Translations under genes and position numbers: made by a program | In this document: positions 9,182 to 18,118 of the stretch, piece by piece | Numbering within the stretch: position 1 is the stretch's first letter | Layout of the letters: each line of letters begins with the position of its first letter | Notes under the pieces: model-generated | Databases searched by the model: none | The model's input: only the letters and a program-made list of their open reading frames with translations | What the model was told of the DNA's origin: nothing | Assembly (NCBI GenBank): GCA_965208835.1 | Contig: OZ242358.1 | Coordinates: 3,296,001-3,360,000 of the forward strand | Reading direction: 5' to 3' | Origin: Candidatus Latescibacterota bacterium | GTDB taxonomy: Bacteria; Latescibacterota; UBA2968; GCA-2709665 | Length of the DNA: 64,000 nucleotides

Positions 9182-10063
9182 TCAACAATCCATCAGCCCA
9201 AGCGTTCGGGAAGTACTCTCACAGATCTGTCTGACAGTGTCGATCTCGTTGGTGGACAGGGGACCGATTTCCGGGTCGTCGTCTTGAGACAGGACCAGTT
9301 CGTTCGAGTCTATCCACTTCCACCGCTTGGGATCGAGCCCTGAACCCGTGAGGTATTCATCGTCGAAGTCTCGAAGCACCGGAAATTCGTGCTCCAGCGT
9401 CACTCGTTCTTCAAGCGCGCCACCCAGCAACCCCTCGAGGGTCTCCCGAGGGTAGCGACACAGGACGTCGTACCGAACGAACAGATCAACCAGCCGGCGG
9501 TCCTGCCACAGCTTTGAATTGACGGCGTTCCACTGGTTTGCAACCTGAGTGATTTTGTCGGAAGATACCATTTCCCGCCATCCGCGCGGCTTGACGCCCC
9601 ACCAGCCATCTTCCGGGCCGCGCGATCCGTCGACGTGCCGGAACCGTTTGAGCAGAGAGAAGGTATTCGAGACCGGCTTTCTGACAACGGCAACAACGAA
9701 CATGCCAGGCAGAATCGCCTTGATCCAGGGAAGCCGAACCGTACTGTACGGGCACTTGCTGATCCCCAATTCCGTTGGTCGGGAATCAAGTCTGGCTTCC
9801 GTATCCCTGCGTACGTACTCCACCGCGTCCGGAGTTGCATCGTCGACGCCAATCTCATGACCCTCCTCTCCCGAATTTCGCTGGTAGACGACACCGGCAG
9901 GAAACGCGGTGGGTGCAAATGACGGCCTGTTGCCCCAGTCTATTCCGCCTTCAGTCTTTCCCCGCCCTCCGAGAAACTCAGCCATGCCGGTGTTCTCGAG
10001 CAGTCTGACCAGGAGGGAAGTGCCTGATTTCTGAAGCCCTGCGACGTGGATGATTCTCTTCAA
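9182..10063 (-). CDS. Sulfotransferase family protein
   Basis: GLQKSGTSLL PAPS loop, VVRKP...S, VRYDVL. Confidence 0.8.
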   Translation of the reverse strand: MKRIIHVAGLQKSGTSLLVRLLENTGMAEFLGGRGKTEGGIDWGNRPSFAPTAFPAGVVYQRNSGEEGHEIGVDDATPDAVEYVRRDTEARLDSRPTELGISKCPYSTVRLPWIKAILPGMFVVAVVRKPVSNTFSLLKRFRHVDGSRGPEDGWWGVKPRGWREMVSSDKITQVANQWNAVNSKLWQDRRLVDLFVRYDVLCRYPRETLEGLLGGALEERVTLEHEFPVLRDFDDEYLTGSGLDPKRWKWIDSNELVLSQDDDPEIGPLSTNEIDTVRQICESTSRTLGLMDC

Positions 10064-10083
10064 TTCGATTTCCTCGAAATATC

Positions 10084-10168
10084 ACCGACGCCGGTAGAGC
10101 AAGTATGGTCTGTCCAGCGCGACGTCGAGTTCAGCGACGGGTCCCGGCCCGACCATCGCGTGTTGCTG
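10084..10168 (-). repeat. Degenerate attC-like site
   Basis: ~85 bp between genes, ends CGCGTGTTGCTG on +. Confidence 0.35.
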
Positions 10169-10178
10169 GCGGGGTTCC

Positions 10179-10562
10179 CTAAAGCGGTTGCCCTATGTCT
10201 ATTCGATTGCCATCAGGGTCTGCGATGACGAAGTCCCGAAGACCGTATTGCTGATCGCGCAGTCCCTTGATGATCCGTACTCCCGACTTGCTGAGGTGAT
10301 CGAAAAGCGCATTCGCGTCACTCACCTTCAGGTGCACGACGTTGTGTAACTGTGGCTTCTTGTCACTGCTCAACGAGAGGTGAAGCTCGGCCCGGTCTCT
10401 CTTCATAATCACAAAGCCGACTGGATTTCCGTTCTCGAACGTCTTGCGCATTCCCAACATCGACGCGTAGAATGAAACGGACTTCTCGACATTGCTGACT
10501 GCAATGCAGGGCGCCATGCGCCCTAACTCGACTGAATCCGGGAAATTCGATGAATCGCCCAT
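10179..10562 (-). CDS. VOC family protein
   Basis: FYASMLG...YGLRDFVIADPDGNRIDIG; GGAGG RBS. Confidence 0.9.
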   Translation of the reverse strand: MGDSSNFPDSVELGRMAPCIAVSNVEKSVSFYASMLGMRKTFENGNPVGFVIMKRDRAELHLSLSSDKKPQLHNVVHLKVSDANALFDHLSKSGVRIIKGLRDQQYGLRDFVIADPDGNRIDIGQPL

Positions 10563-10788
10563 GAACGCTACCTCCTTTGTTGACCAGAGGATCCGTAACT
10601 GAGGCAGTGCTCAATGCAGGACAATGGCCGGTTTTAGTAACCGAGGCGGTGCTCGGATCGATGATCGGGCCGGGTGTTACTTCGAAAGATGTCGAGAACT
10701 GCTCGCTGTTTCTGGTTACGCGACGTCGTGATTGCGCATTCTGTCCGGTTGACTCCGATTGCCCATTCGGGATTTTGAGAATCCCTAC

Positions 10789-10813
10789 GAACCTTCCGGC
10801 CTTCTATTACGTC
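10789..10813 (+). promoter_or_regulatory. Putative ECF-type autoregulatory promoter
   Basis: GAACC-N16-CGTC just upstream of AGGAGG and the ATG of the ECF gene. Confidence 0.6.
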
Positions 10814-10829
10814 ATGAAATCAGGAGGAC

Positions 10830-12152
10830 ATGGCCCGAATGCATCCACAGCCGCCCAGAGAACTCGTCAGGCAATCCTTAGTGGGAAACCCCGAGGCGTT
10901 TGTGGCCGTTGTACGTCACTTCGAAGATAGACTGGCGACTCTCATTAGATACTTCGTTGACGATGAAGACGATGCGGCAGACGTGTTTCAGGACACGGTC
11001 CTCCAGGCGTGGGTGACTCAGCACCAGCTTCGGGATCCATCCAGGTTCGGTCCGTGGCTCTTTCAGATCGCGAGAAACCGCTCCCGTGATTTCCTTAGAC
11101 GAAAGCACAGAAGAGAACTGCCGACTTCGCAAAATGAACTGGAGCGTATCCTGAATCAGTCGCGGACAACTACACTCGAACAAGCGGAATCGGTTCGACG
11201 GATCATGCGCGCAATAGAGAAAATACCAGATTTCGAAGCTGACGCCATCAAAGACTTCTACTTCAGAGGACTCAAGATTTCCGAAATCGCAACTCGTACC
11301 GGACGCCCCGACGGCACTATCAAACGCAGGCTTTCAACCGGACGCAATCGAATACGTGATGTACTCGGCGTGTCACCCCAAAGAGGGAGGCCTACAATGC
11401 CGGAAACCGACTCTCAGGGATTTATTCATCGATTTCCTCGAGAACGGCCCACCATACAAATCAACAGATCAGAACGTACACCCTTCTCTGTGGACTGCCA
11501 GGAGCTAAGATGGTGGTTCGCGGTGCCCAAAGTCGACGAGTCGGTGCTCGTCGCAACCTATAGTCCAGACCAGTGGACATTGACGTCGGTGATGAGAATG
11601 GAGGCAACCGGTATCGCCGAGGTCCACGGCGTCGAAGGGATCGAAATCGAGGTCACTGAATCCGATACGCAAACGTCCCTGGCCTGCAGGGTCTGCACAA
11701 TCGTCGGACGTCTCACAGAAGAGAGGGCTCAGTACCTGGCTGTCTTTCAACGAAACGGCAAGTTCAGCGTCGAAACCTTCCTGAGTGAGGCCTTCTGGCG
11801 GGATTCTATGCGGAAGCTTGAACCTCAGGGGTCATTTGACGAGGCGGCGCCCCGGATATTTGCCAGAACCGACGAATCATCTGATGAATCCGGGGCCGGG
11901 AATCACGAGGTCCGAATAGACGGTCGTTTGTTCTCGTGTTTACGGGTTCTTGAGCTCGAGGGAATTCCCGAAGAGCCAGATTCCATCTTCACGGAGAGTT
12001 TCGTGACCTCCGAAGGCCGCACCTTACTCAGGAGACACTACTGCCACCCTGAATGCGAAAACGTCCCCGTCGATCATTCCGTAGAGGTCGATGTGGACGG
12101 AGCCAAATTCGTACATTGGTACGACAATTTGACGGATAGTGCACTGAAATAG
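10830..12152 (+). CDS. ECF sigma-70 factor with C-terminal extension of unknown function
   Basis: Region 2 DAADVFQDT...WLFQIARN; region 4 EIA...GTIKRRLSTGR; ~250-aa extension. Confidence 0.9.
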   Translation: MARMHPQPPRELVRQSLVGNPEAFVAVVRHFEDRLATLIRYFVDDEDDAADVFQDTVLQAWVTQHQLRDPSRFGPWLFQIARNRSRDFLRRKHRRELPTSQNELERILNQSRTTTLEQAESVRRIMRAIEKIPDFEADAIKDFYFRGLKISEIATRTGRPDGTIKRRLSTGRNRIRDVLGVSPQRGRPTMPETDSQGFIHRFPRERPTIQINRSERTPFSVDCQELRWWFAVPKVDESVLVATYSPDQWTLTSVMRMEATGIAEVHGVEGIEIEVTESDTQTSLACRVCTIVGRLTEERAQYLAVFQRNGKFSVETFLSEAFWRDSMRKLEPQGSFDEAAPRIFARTDESSDESGAGNHEVRIDGRLFSCLRVLELEGIPEEPDSIFTESFVTSEGRTLLRRHYCHPECENVPVDHSVEVDVDGAKFVHWYDNLTDSALK

Positions 12153-12216
12153 TGTTGATCCGGGCTCGTTCGCGTTGTCTTTCTGCCGCGGCCGGCATGC
12201 CAGTCGCCGCTGCCCC

Positions 12217-12774
12217 TTATGCGCTTAGAGTACCTTTCATGTCATGCGCGAATCGGTACAGTTCGCCGAAGTCTGCAGACTCGGGACCGAACAGCTCCGC
12301 CGCTCGTCTAAAGTGGACTGTCCGTACTTCCACAATTCTGCTGTTTAAATCCGGATCGGGTCTTTTCACTGTGTTTTGTACCACGTTTGCCCACGATACG
12401 ACCCGAACGTGTTCGGGGTACGGAAAGTGGGATAGCCGGGGGCGGTCGACTCCGGACACGCAGTAGTACATTCCGATCGGATGGAGATTTCCAGGAATGC
12501 TCCCCGTCTCCTCCAACAGCTCGCGGCGCCCAGCCTCCTCCCATGTCTCCCCGGGTTCGAGCGTTCCTCCCGGCAATACCCATTTCCCGTTGGAACGCCT
12601 GGTGGCGAGACAGTGGCTGTCGGAGATAAACGGAATGACATAGGCGGAGCCGCAGATCGTCGAGGCCGATTCCTCTTCAAATCTGCGGAAGTGGACATTG
12701 GGACGAAGCTGCCCCATCAAGCCACTCAGCGTGGGGTATTTCGCGATGATCGTGTCGAAGTGTGTCCCGTCCAT
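12217..12774 (-). CDS. NUDIX hydrolase
   Basis: GGTLEPGETWEEAGRRELLEETG. Confidence 0.9.
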   Translation of the reverse strand: MDGTHFDTIIAKYPTLSGLMGQLRPNVHFRRFEEESASTICGSAYVIPFISDSHCLATRRSNGKWVLPGGTLEPGETWEEAGRRELLEETGSIPGNLHPIGMYYCVSGVDRPRLSHFPYPEHVRVVSWANVVQNTVKRPDPDLNSRIVEVRTVHFRRAAELFGPESADFGELYRFAHDMKGTLSA

Positions 12775-12852
12775 GTTGAGGCCGCATCAGGTTATCCGTC
12801 GCCGCGATATCCACCGCCGGCAAGAGTCGGAATGGAATCCAAAGCGGCGGAT

Positions 12853-13533
12853 TCAAACCTCGCCCCAGCTCTTGAGCAGGTCAGGATCGGCGCCACCGTC
12901 TTCCAGAACGGGGAACAGGTGCGCGTGTTTCATCCTTACGGCCGCATCGCACAACAGCCGCGTATACGGCTTCACGAGCGCACCCTCGCTGATCAGCCAC
13001 CGGCTGAGTTGCTCGTGGCCTCCCGTCACCGCATAGTGCAGTGGGGTCACACGCCAGACGGAGTCGTCGTCCTGTTCTTCGGTCAGCAGACGCGGATCTG
13101 TCTGCAGGCACTGCTTTGCGCGGTCCACGTCCCCCAGATAACACGCCGAATAGATATCTATGACGGATCCCGCTTTAATCAGCATGTCAGCGATTTCGAG
13201 CCTGCGATAGCGCTTCGCGATACAATAGGGCTTAAGGAGCACCGGTATCTCCGCGCGAGTCCGGCCGGGGACATTGGGATCGGCTCCCGCACGTAACAAG
13301 AACCGCACGATGTTTATCCGGTTGCCGCGCGTCGCTTCCCACAGAAACGTCCGATTGTGCCCGCCGCTCTTGGCAAGCAGCAGCGACGGGTCAAGCTCGA
13401 GGTGCCGCTTTACAGCATTCAAATCGCCTCGCCGTACCTCTTTTAATATCTTGTCGATACCGAAGCGGCCGCTGTGTCCTGAGCGCGGCTTGACTTCATC
13501 TCCCCATCCATGGTCGTCAGTCTTCGGGCCCAT
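12853..13533 (-). CDS. Ankyrin repeat protein
   Basis: RTFLWEA...LLRAGADPN; TPLHYAVTGGH; start uncertain. Confidence 0.85.
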   Translation of the reverse strand: MGPKTDDHGWGDEVKPRSGHSGRFGIDKILKEVRRGDLNAVKRHLELDPSLLLAKSGGHNRTFLWEATRGNRINIVRFLLRAGADPNVPGRTRAEIPVLLKPYCIAKRYRRLEIADMLIKAGSVIDIYSACYLGDVDRAKQCLQTDPRLLTEEQDDDSVWRVTPLHYAVTGGHEQLSRWLISEGALVKPYTRLLCDAAVRMKHAHLFPVLEDGGADPDLLKSWGEV

Positions 13534-13652
13534 CGTCTGCGTTCCCGTCAATACCGAAATCAATATTTGATTACGTCCTGCCGTTCGCGAACCGGGACCC
13601 CGGCTTCATAGCCATGCCTGAGCGTTTCGAGAGAAAGCCGAATGGTTCTCAA

Positions 13653-14597
13653 TTACACCAACCGTTTCACCAGACCATAATCCACCAGTTGGCGCACCCT
13701 GTACCCTGCGCCGAAGTAGATCTCCTGGGCCGGGTTGTTCAGTCCTGTATGGAGCGTATTGCGTGCTACACCCCGTTTCTTGAACTCCGCGCACATCAGA
13801 TTAAACAATACCGTACCGATCTTGCCCCGCCGGTAGTCCGGACGCGTCCCGATCCCGGTAAAGCCGCCCCTTCCATCCGTTCCAATGCGGACCGGTCCGG
13901 CAAAACCCACCACCACAGGACCGTCCGTCGCGATCAGCACGGGATTGGGCGGATCACCGTCCAGACTGGACTTTACAGAAGCCTCCCAGCCACCCGGGAA
14001 CAGTGCCTCCATAAACTCACACAGCGCCTTCCGATGTTCTGCTTCGCAAAATCCGAAAAGGATGCCACGAGATCGGTTGTCTTCGATATAGCTCTTTATC
14101 TCATTACGAAGCTCAAATTCCGCGAACGTCGTTTCCATAAACAGACTCACCGACCCGCGGTTGCGGAATCCCTGATTCAGGAAAAACGTATAGGCTGGCG
14201 TCTTCATATCGACGCCTGTCGCGAATGTGATCGGATTGCCCTTGTATCCGATACGCATCTCCGTCTTGCCGCAGCCAGATAGAAATCTCTCCGCGGCATC
14301 CGCGAGCCTGCCCCCAACCCCGATTCGCCGATAATCCGAATCCACGATCAACACGCTCAGGAATCCCGTCTCTTCGACACCGGGCGCGACGGCCAGCACG
14401 AACCCCACAACCCTGCCTTCCACCTTCGCTGTAATCGCTCCCTCCCGGTCAAAGTCCGGATGCGCCAGGACCCGTTGCCGAAAACCCGCTTCATCCATCC
14501 GAAAATCGTATTTCCGGTCTGCAAACGTCCGCTGCCAGAGGTCCATCACCTGCGCCAGGTCTTCGTCTTTCCAGGGTGCAATCGATATCTTGTCCAT
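13653..14597 (-). CDS. Tandem GNAT acetyltransferase
   Basis: VDSDYRRIGVG and TRPDYRRGKIG motif A copies. Confidence 0.88.
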   Translation of the reverse strand: MDKISIAPWKDEDLAQVMDLWQRTFADRKYDFRMDEAGFRQRVLAHPDFDREGAITAKVEGRVVGFVLAVAPGVEETGFLSVLIVDSDYRRIGVGGRLADAAERFLSGCGKTEMRIGYKGNPITFATGVDMKTPAYTFFLNQGFRNRGSVSLFMETTFAEFELRNEIKSYIEDNRSRGILFGFCEAEHRKALCEFMEALFPGGWEASVKSSLDGDPPNPVLIATDGPVVVGFAGPVRIGTDGRGGFTGIGTRPDYRRGKIGTVLFNLMCAEFKKRGVARNTLHTGLNNPAQEIYFGAGYRVRQLVDYGLVKRLV

Positions 14598-14618
14598 ATC
14601 TCCAGTCCACAAATCCGT

Positions 14619-15014
14619 TTAAGTGCCTGGAAGGAAAGCGACGGCTTCGATCTCGACCAGATAATCGGGGTGAGCGAGGCCGCTGACGAATAACAGCGTG
14701 TTAGGCGGGAACGCGTCCGTGAAGAAGCGGTTTCGGACACGGCGAAAGGCATCCAGATGACCGCGATCGGTCAGGTAGGTAGTCAGCTTGACGATGTCTT
14801 CAAGACTCCCGCCGAGTTCCTCCAGGATGGCCTGAAGATTCGCGTAGACCTGGTGAGTCTGCGCCTCGATGTCGCCCTTCCCTACCAGGTTGCCGCCAGG
14901 GTTCAGGGCGATCTGGCCGGCGATGTACACGGTGTCACCGGCCTTTGCGACGTGTGAATACCCCACCCCCACCGTCGAGTGTACGCTCGCCGGATGTATA
15001 ATCTCACGGGCCAT
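14619..15014 (-). CDS. RidA/YjgF family protein
   Basis: YSHV...YIAGQ...PPNTL...LVEIEAVA. Confidence 0.92.
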   Translation of the reverse strand: MAREIIHPASVHSTVGVGYSHVAKAGDTVYIAGQIALNPGGNLVGKGDIEAQTHQVYANLQAILEELGGSLEDIVKLTTYLTDRGHLDAFRRVRNRFFTDAFPPNTLLFVSGLAHPDYLVEIEAVAFLPGT

Positions 15015-15099
15015 TGTTCCCGACCTCCTATATCATCGTGTTGTGATTACCTCGATGCGAAGAGAGACAACAGTCAGATTGGCTACGAAAAGCTTGAAT

Positions 15100-15290
15100 G
15101 CGGGGAGACGGGAGAGGTGAGACGGTAGAAAAAAAGGCGGGTAGAGGTAAGAGGGTAGACGGTAGATGAAATCCGTGCCCGCCATATTTTCCCTTCTTGC
15201 CTTCGGCACGAAGAGAATCCTCACGAGACAGGCAATCTCTCCCCTCTACCGGCTCCCGTCTACCCGCTTCTGAGGGGCCGGGGGAGAGGT
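15100..15290 (+). repeat. GGTAGA-repeat / TCTACC-repeat inverted low-complexity element
   Basis: Purine-rich GGTAGA units at 15124-15166 facing TCTACC units at 15245-15264. Confidence 0.6.
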
Positions 15291-15309
15291 CCCGAACACG
15301 GCCATTATC

Positions 15310-15400
15310 CCGGTGTATCCTGGTAATCCGCAGTTTAATCGCCTTTATCAACTTGCACATAATGGCATTAACGTCCACGAAAACATACGAATCCTGGTTA
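15310..15400 (+). mobile_element. Partial copy of the 197-bp MITE
   Basis: GGTGTATCCTGGTAATCCGCAGTTTAATCGCCTTT...CGAATCCTGGTTA matches the other two copies. Confidence 0.75.
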
Positions 15401-15808
15401 GTTTCTGCCGCTCAATCTTCCGCCTATCCAGGCCATCGGTATGTACGCGCCAACCAGATCCACGACGTAAAACAGGACGGGCCCCCCTATCATGAAGGCG
15501 TTGGCGATGCCGCCAATCAGGAAGAGTCCGCCAACCACCATCGCTGCCGCCACCCTGCAGCTTGCGGCGATGAGCGCGGCCAGATACGCGCCCACAAGGG
15601 TCCCCAGCGCATGTGCAAGGAACGGGAAAATGAAGTGCTTGAACTCAAACAGGTGCATGGAAGACTTGATGGATTCCACGTTGGTCACGTCGACGCCATC
15701 GGGAGGCGGAATGACATATGGCCCTACCGTGACCAGAATCATATTGGCTATACTGCCGACAACACAACCAACGATAACGGCAAGGACGTTCTTCAGCTTG
15801 GACTTCAT
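15398..15808 (-). CDS. Hypothetical membrane protein
   Basis: About four hydrophobic segments; FIFPFLAHALGTLVGA; GAGGTGA RBS. Confidence 0.8.
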   Translation of the reverse strand: MKSKLKNVLAVIVGCVVGSIANMILVTVGPYVIPPPDGVDVTNVESIKSSMHLFEFKHFIFPFLAHALGTLVGAYLAALIAASCRVAAAMVVGGLFLIGGIANAFMIGGPVLFYVVDLVGAYIPMAWIGGRLSGRN

Positions 15809-15840
15809 GAATCACCTCGTGAGTTAAGACTTCGTTTGGC

Positions 15841-15865
15841 GGGCGCCCACAAAGGACGCCCCTAT
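15841..15865 (-). repeat. GTAG-type REP-like palindrome, degenerate
   Basis: GGGCGCCCACAAAGGACGCCCCTAT. Confidence 0.5.
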
Positions 15866-15928
15866 AAAACTACGGAGATTCAGTCAGGGCTTTGGGCGGG
15901 CGTCGGGGCGTGTCGACTGCAGCAACTT

Positions 15929-16987
15929 TCAGCCCGCGAGACGTGGCAGCACGTTTTCCGCTCTTCCCTGCACGAATAAGTCTTCCTTGTGGAGAAACTC
16001 CGGCCGGTCGGGAGAAATCGAAACGATCTGTATGCCGCTGTCGCGGGCATAACTGATCAACCCATGCTCGTCTCTCCCGAGCCCGACTGCCAGAAGGACG
16101 TTGCCTTCAGATAGCCACGCCCATCCCCTCGCAACCGGTTTGAAGTCGTCAGGTTTCTTCAGGTGGACGTTCACGGATCCCGCCCTCTCGTGGAGCTTGT
16201 CTTCATTGCCTGTAATGACGTGACGAACGCGCCCTCTTTCCTCGAGATCCGCCAGAGCCCGGTGCGCATCGTTGGGTTTCGCCTGTATGAATGCAGCTTG
16301 AAACCTCGCAAGAATCCTCGCGAGTTCTCGAGGCCTTTCGATCATGAATTCCGCTACGGCGCCAGGAAACGGTTCATGCAACGGGAAGTGCCGCTCCAAT
16401 CCCTGTGCGCCTCTGAAGGTCGGGATGCCGCTGCCTGCGGAAATTCCGGCTCCCGTGAGGGCAACCACGGGGTTTTGTGAAACGAGAGATTGCAGGTCTG
16501 AAACCGCGATCTCTTTTGCGGCTTTTGGACACGCTCTCGTGCTGACCGGGTAGTATTCGTTTCTGGCTACAAGTGGATCATTCGTCTCCCTTGCTTTCGA
16601 CTCGAAGCGACTGAAATGGACTTCTCTCAGATTCGCTGAGTCGCCGTAGCTCAGCAAAAGGTGACTTGCCGTGGTTCCTACGGCACTCTTGGCGAAAGTG
16701 AACTCAACATTCCAGTCGGCAAGCCGATGAGCCGGCTTTCCCGATCCTGGACCCAACTTCTCTCTGAGTTGCTCCAGCCAGCCACCCTGTACATCATCCG
16801 CAATTTTTCCCGAGCAAGCCACGCATAGACCAAGCAGGTCTATGCGTCCCGCTACGTCCACTCCAAATTTACCGTAGAATCCAAACGTCCGGCCAGGGCC
16901 CAGAAAGGTCCAATCGAAGTTTGTGAAACTTCCCCAGATCAATCTGTAGGATTCAAGCTGCGAGCGCGTGAGATTGAGAACGAACAT
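15929..16987 (-). CDS. Atypical Sir2/sirtuin family protein with N-terminal extension
   Basis: LTGAGISAGSGIPTFRG, PNDAHRALA, ITGNEDKLHERAG. Confidence 0.8.
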   Translation of the reverse strand: MFVLNLTRSQLESYRLIWGSFTNFDWTFLGPGRTFGFYGKFGVDVAGRIDLLGLCVACSGKIADDVQGGWLEQLREKLGPGSGKPAHRLADWNVEFTFAKSAVGTTASHLLLSYGDSANLREVHFSRFESKARETNDPLVARNEYYPVSTRACPKAAKEIAVSDLQSLVSQNPVVALTGAGISAGSGIPTFRGAQGLERHFPLHEPFPGAVAEFMIERPRELARILARFQAAFIQAKPNDAHRALADLEERGRVRHVITGNEDKLHERAGSVNVHLKKPDDFKPVARGWAWLSEGNVLLAVGLGRDEHGLISYARDSGIQIVSISPDRPEFLHKEDLFVQGRAENVLPRLAG

Positions 16988-17071
16988 TTCAAGAATGCAT
17001 CTAGCAAGCGCTGGTTAACGCCTTCGACGCTCCGAACAACGCCGTTGACCGCTGTGCGGGATTCAAAGAGT

Positions 17072-17905
17072 CTAGCCGAGTTTTCTCTCCAGCCATTCGA
17101 TGGCAAAGTCCGCCAGGTCCCTCGCGTCGAACAGATACGAGTCCGCGGCGCCAACCATCCCTCTGGCGACGCTTCCGCGATCGAGATATTCTATTACTAT
17201 GCGCTGGAAATAATCTCCGTGGAGACGGTCAACGATTCCGTTGGACGTATCGAACTGCTCGAACGCGATCCATTCGCACCTGCCATCGCGCAACACCGGC
17301 CATCGATACCGCTAAGTTCTCTTATGGGGTATGGCGGACATATGTTCCGCGTAGTGAAGAATGGTCAGGCTATCGAACAGCGGTCCCAGCAGAAGTACCT
17401 TCCCCCCAACGTCGCACAGTTTTTCAAGAGGGGAACCCGCGCCATATCCGAACTGCAACGGATGGTCTGCCGTAATCCATTCCGCCTTTACCCCGACAGC
17501 CGCAACTCGCGCCTCGGGATGGTCGCTGCAACGCACCTCGGGCCACGTGCGCAGGAACTCCGTAAGAATGCTCCAGCGACGATTGGCCCGAGTCCGATAC
17601 GGGTCGAACGGTGGACACTCTGCCAGGTATGCGTCCTTCCAGTCGTCCGGCCAATCGTCGAGTTCGTTCAAGGGCTCCTCACACTTGATGTACATCATCA
17701 AGGTCCCCGTTGAACCGATCACGTCCAGGATCGCCCGAAGCACCATATCAGGACCCCCGACGATCCAGCCGACCGCCTTGACGGAAGCATGGAGCATCAC
17801 CGTGTCGCCTGATGCAAGCCCCAGGCTCGACAGATCAGACATCAATCTGCTTCGTGTGATCACTGGTAGGTCTGTGTTGACCATACTGACTGTCTCCCGC
17901 GTCAA
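17072..17905 (-). pseudogene. Aminoglycoside 3-N-acetyltransferase AAC(3) family, interrupted by in-frame TAG at 17312-17314
   Basis: MLHASVKAVGW, GTLMMY, SDHP, VLLLG, TILHYAEH; frame continues RYRWPVLRDG. Confidence 0.85.
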
Positions 17906-17922
17906 GGAAGACCTTGCAGGGC

Positions 17923-18012
17923 AGATAACGTGTCGATGCGCCGATCGGTGAAGCGGGCGGTCGAAGGCCTGGACGCCGCTTGCTCTCCTTGGGTGTCTGG
18001 CTCGTATTGCAT
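17923..18012 (-). repeat. Degenerate attC-like site
   Basis: AGATAAC...CTCGTATTGCAT on +, just upstream of the AAC(3) start. Confidence 0.35.
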
Positions 18013-18118
18013 ACGACGTTTCGGATGTTCCTACGAATCAGGCGCAGGTTCTTGTCGGCCAGGATGGATGCCCCACGTTCGCAGGCAGCCTGCAAGGCGG
18101 TCTGGCTACCCTCTTTGT

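Noticed and set aside
17312-17314. Pyrrolysine or stop-codon reassignment
   Set aside because: Other genes end normally at TAG and no pyl genes are visible; a nonsense mutation is simpler.
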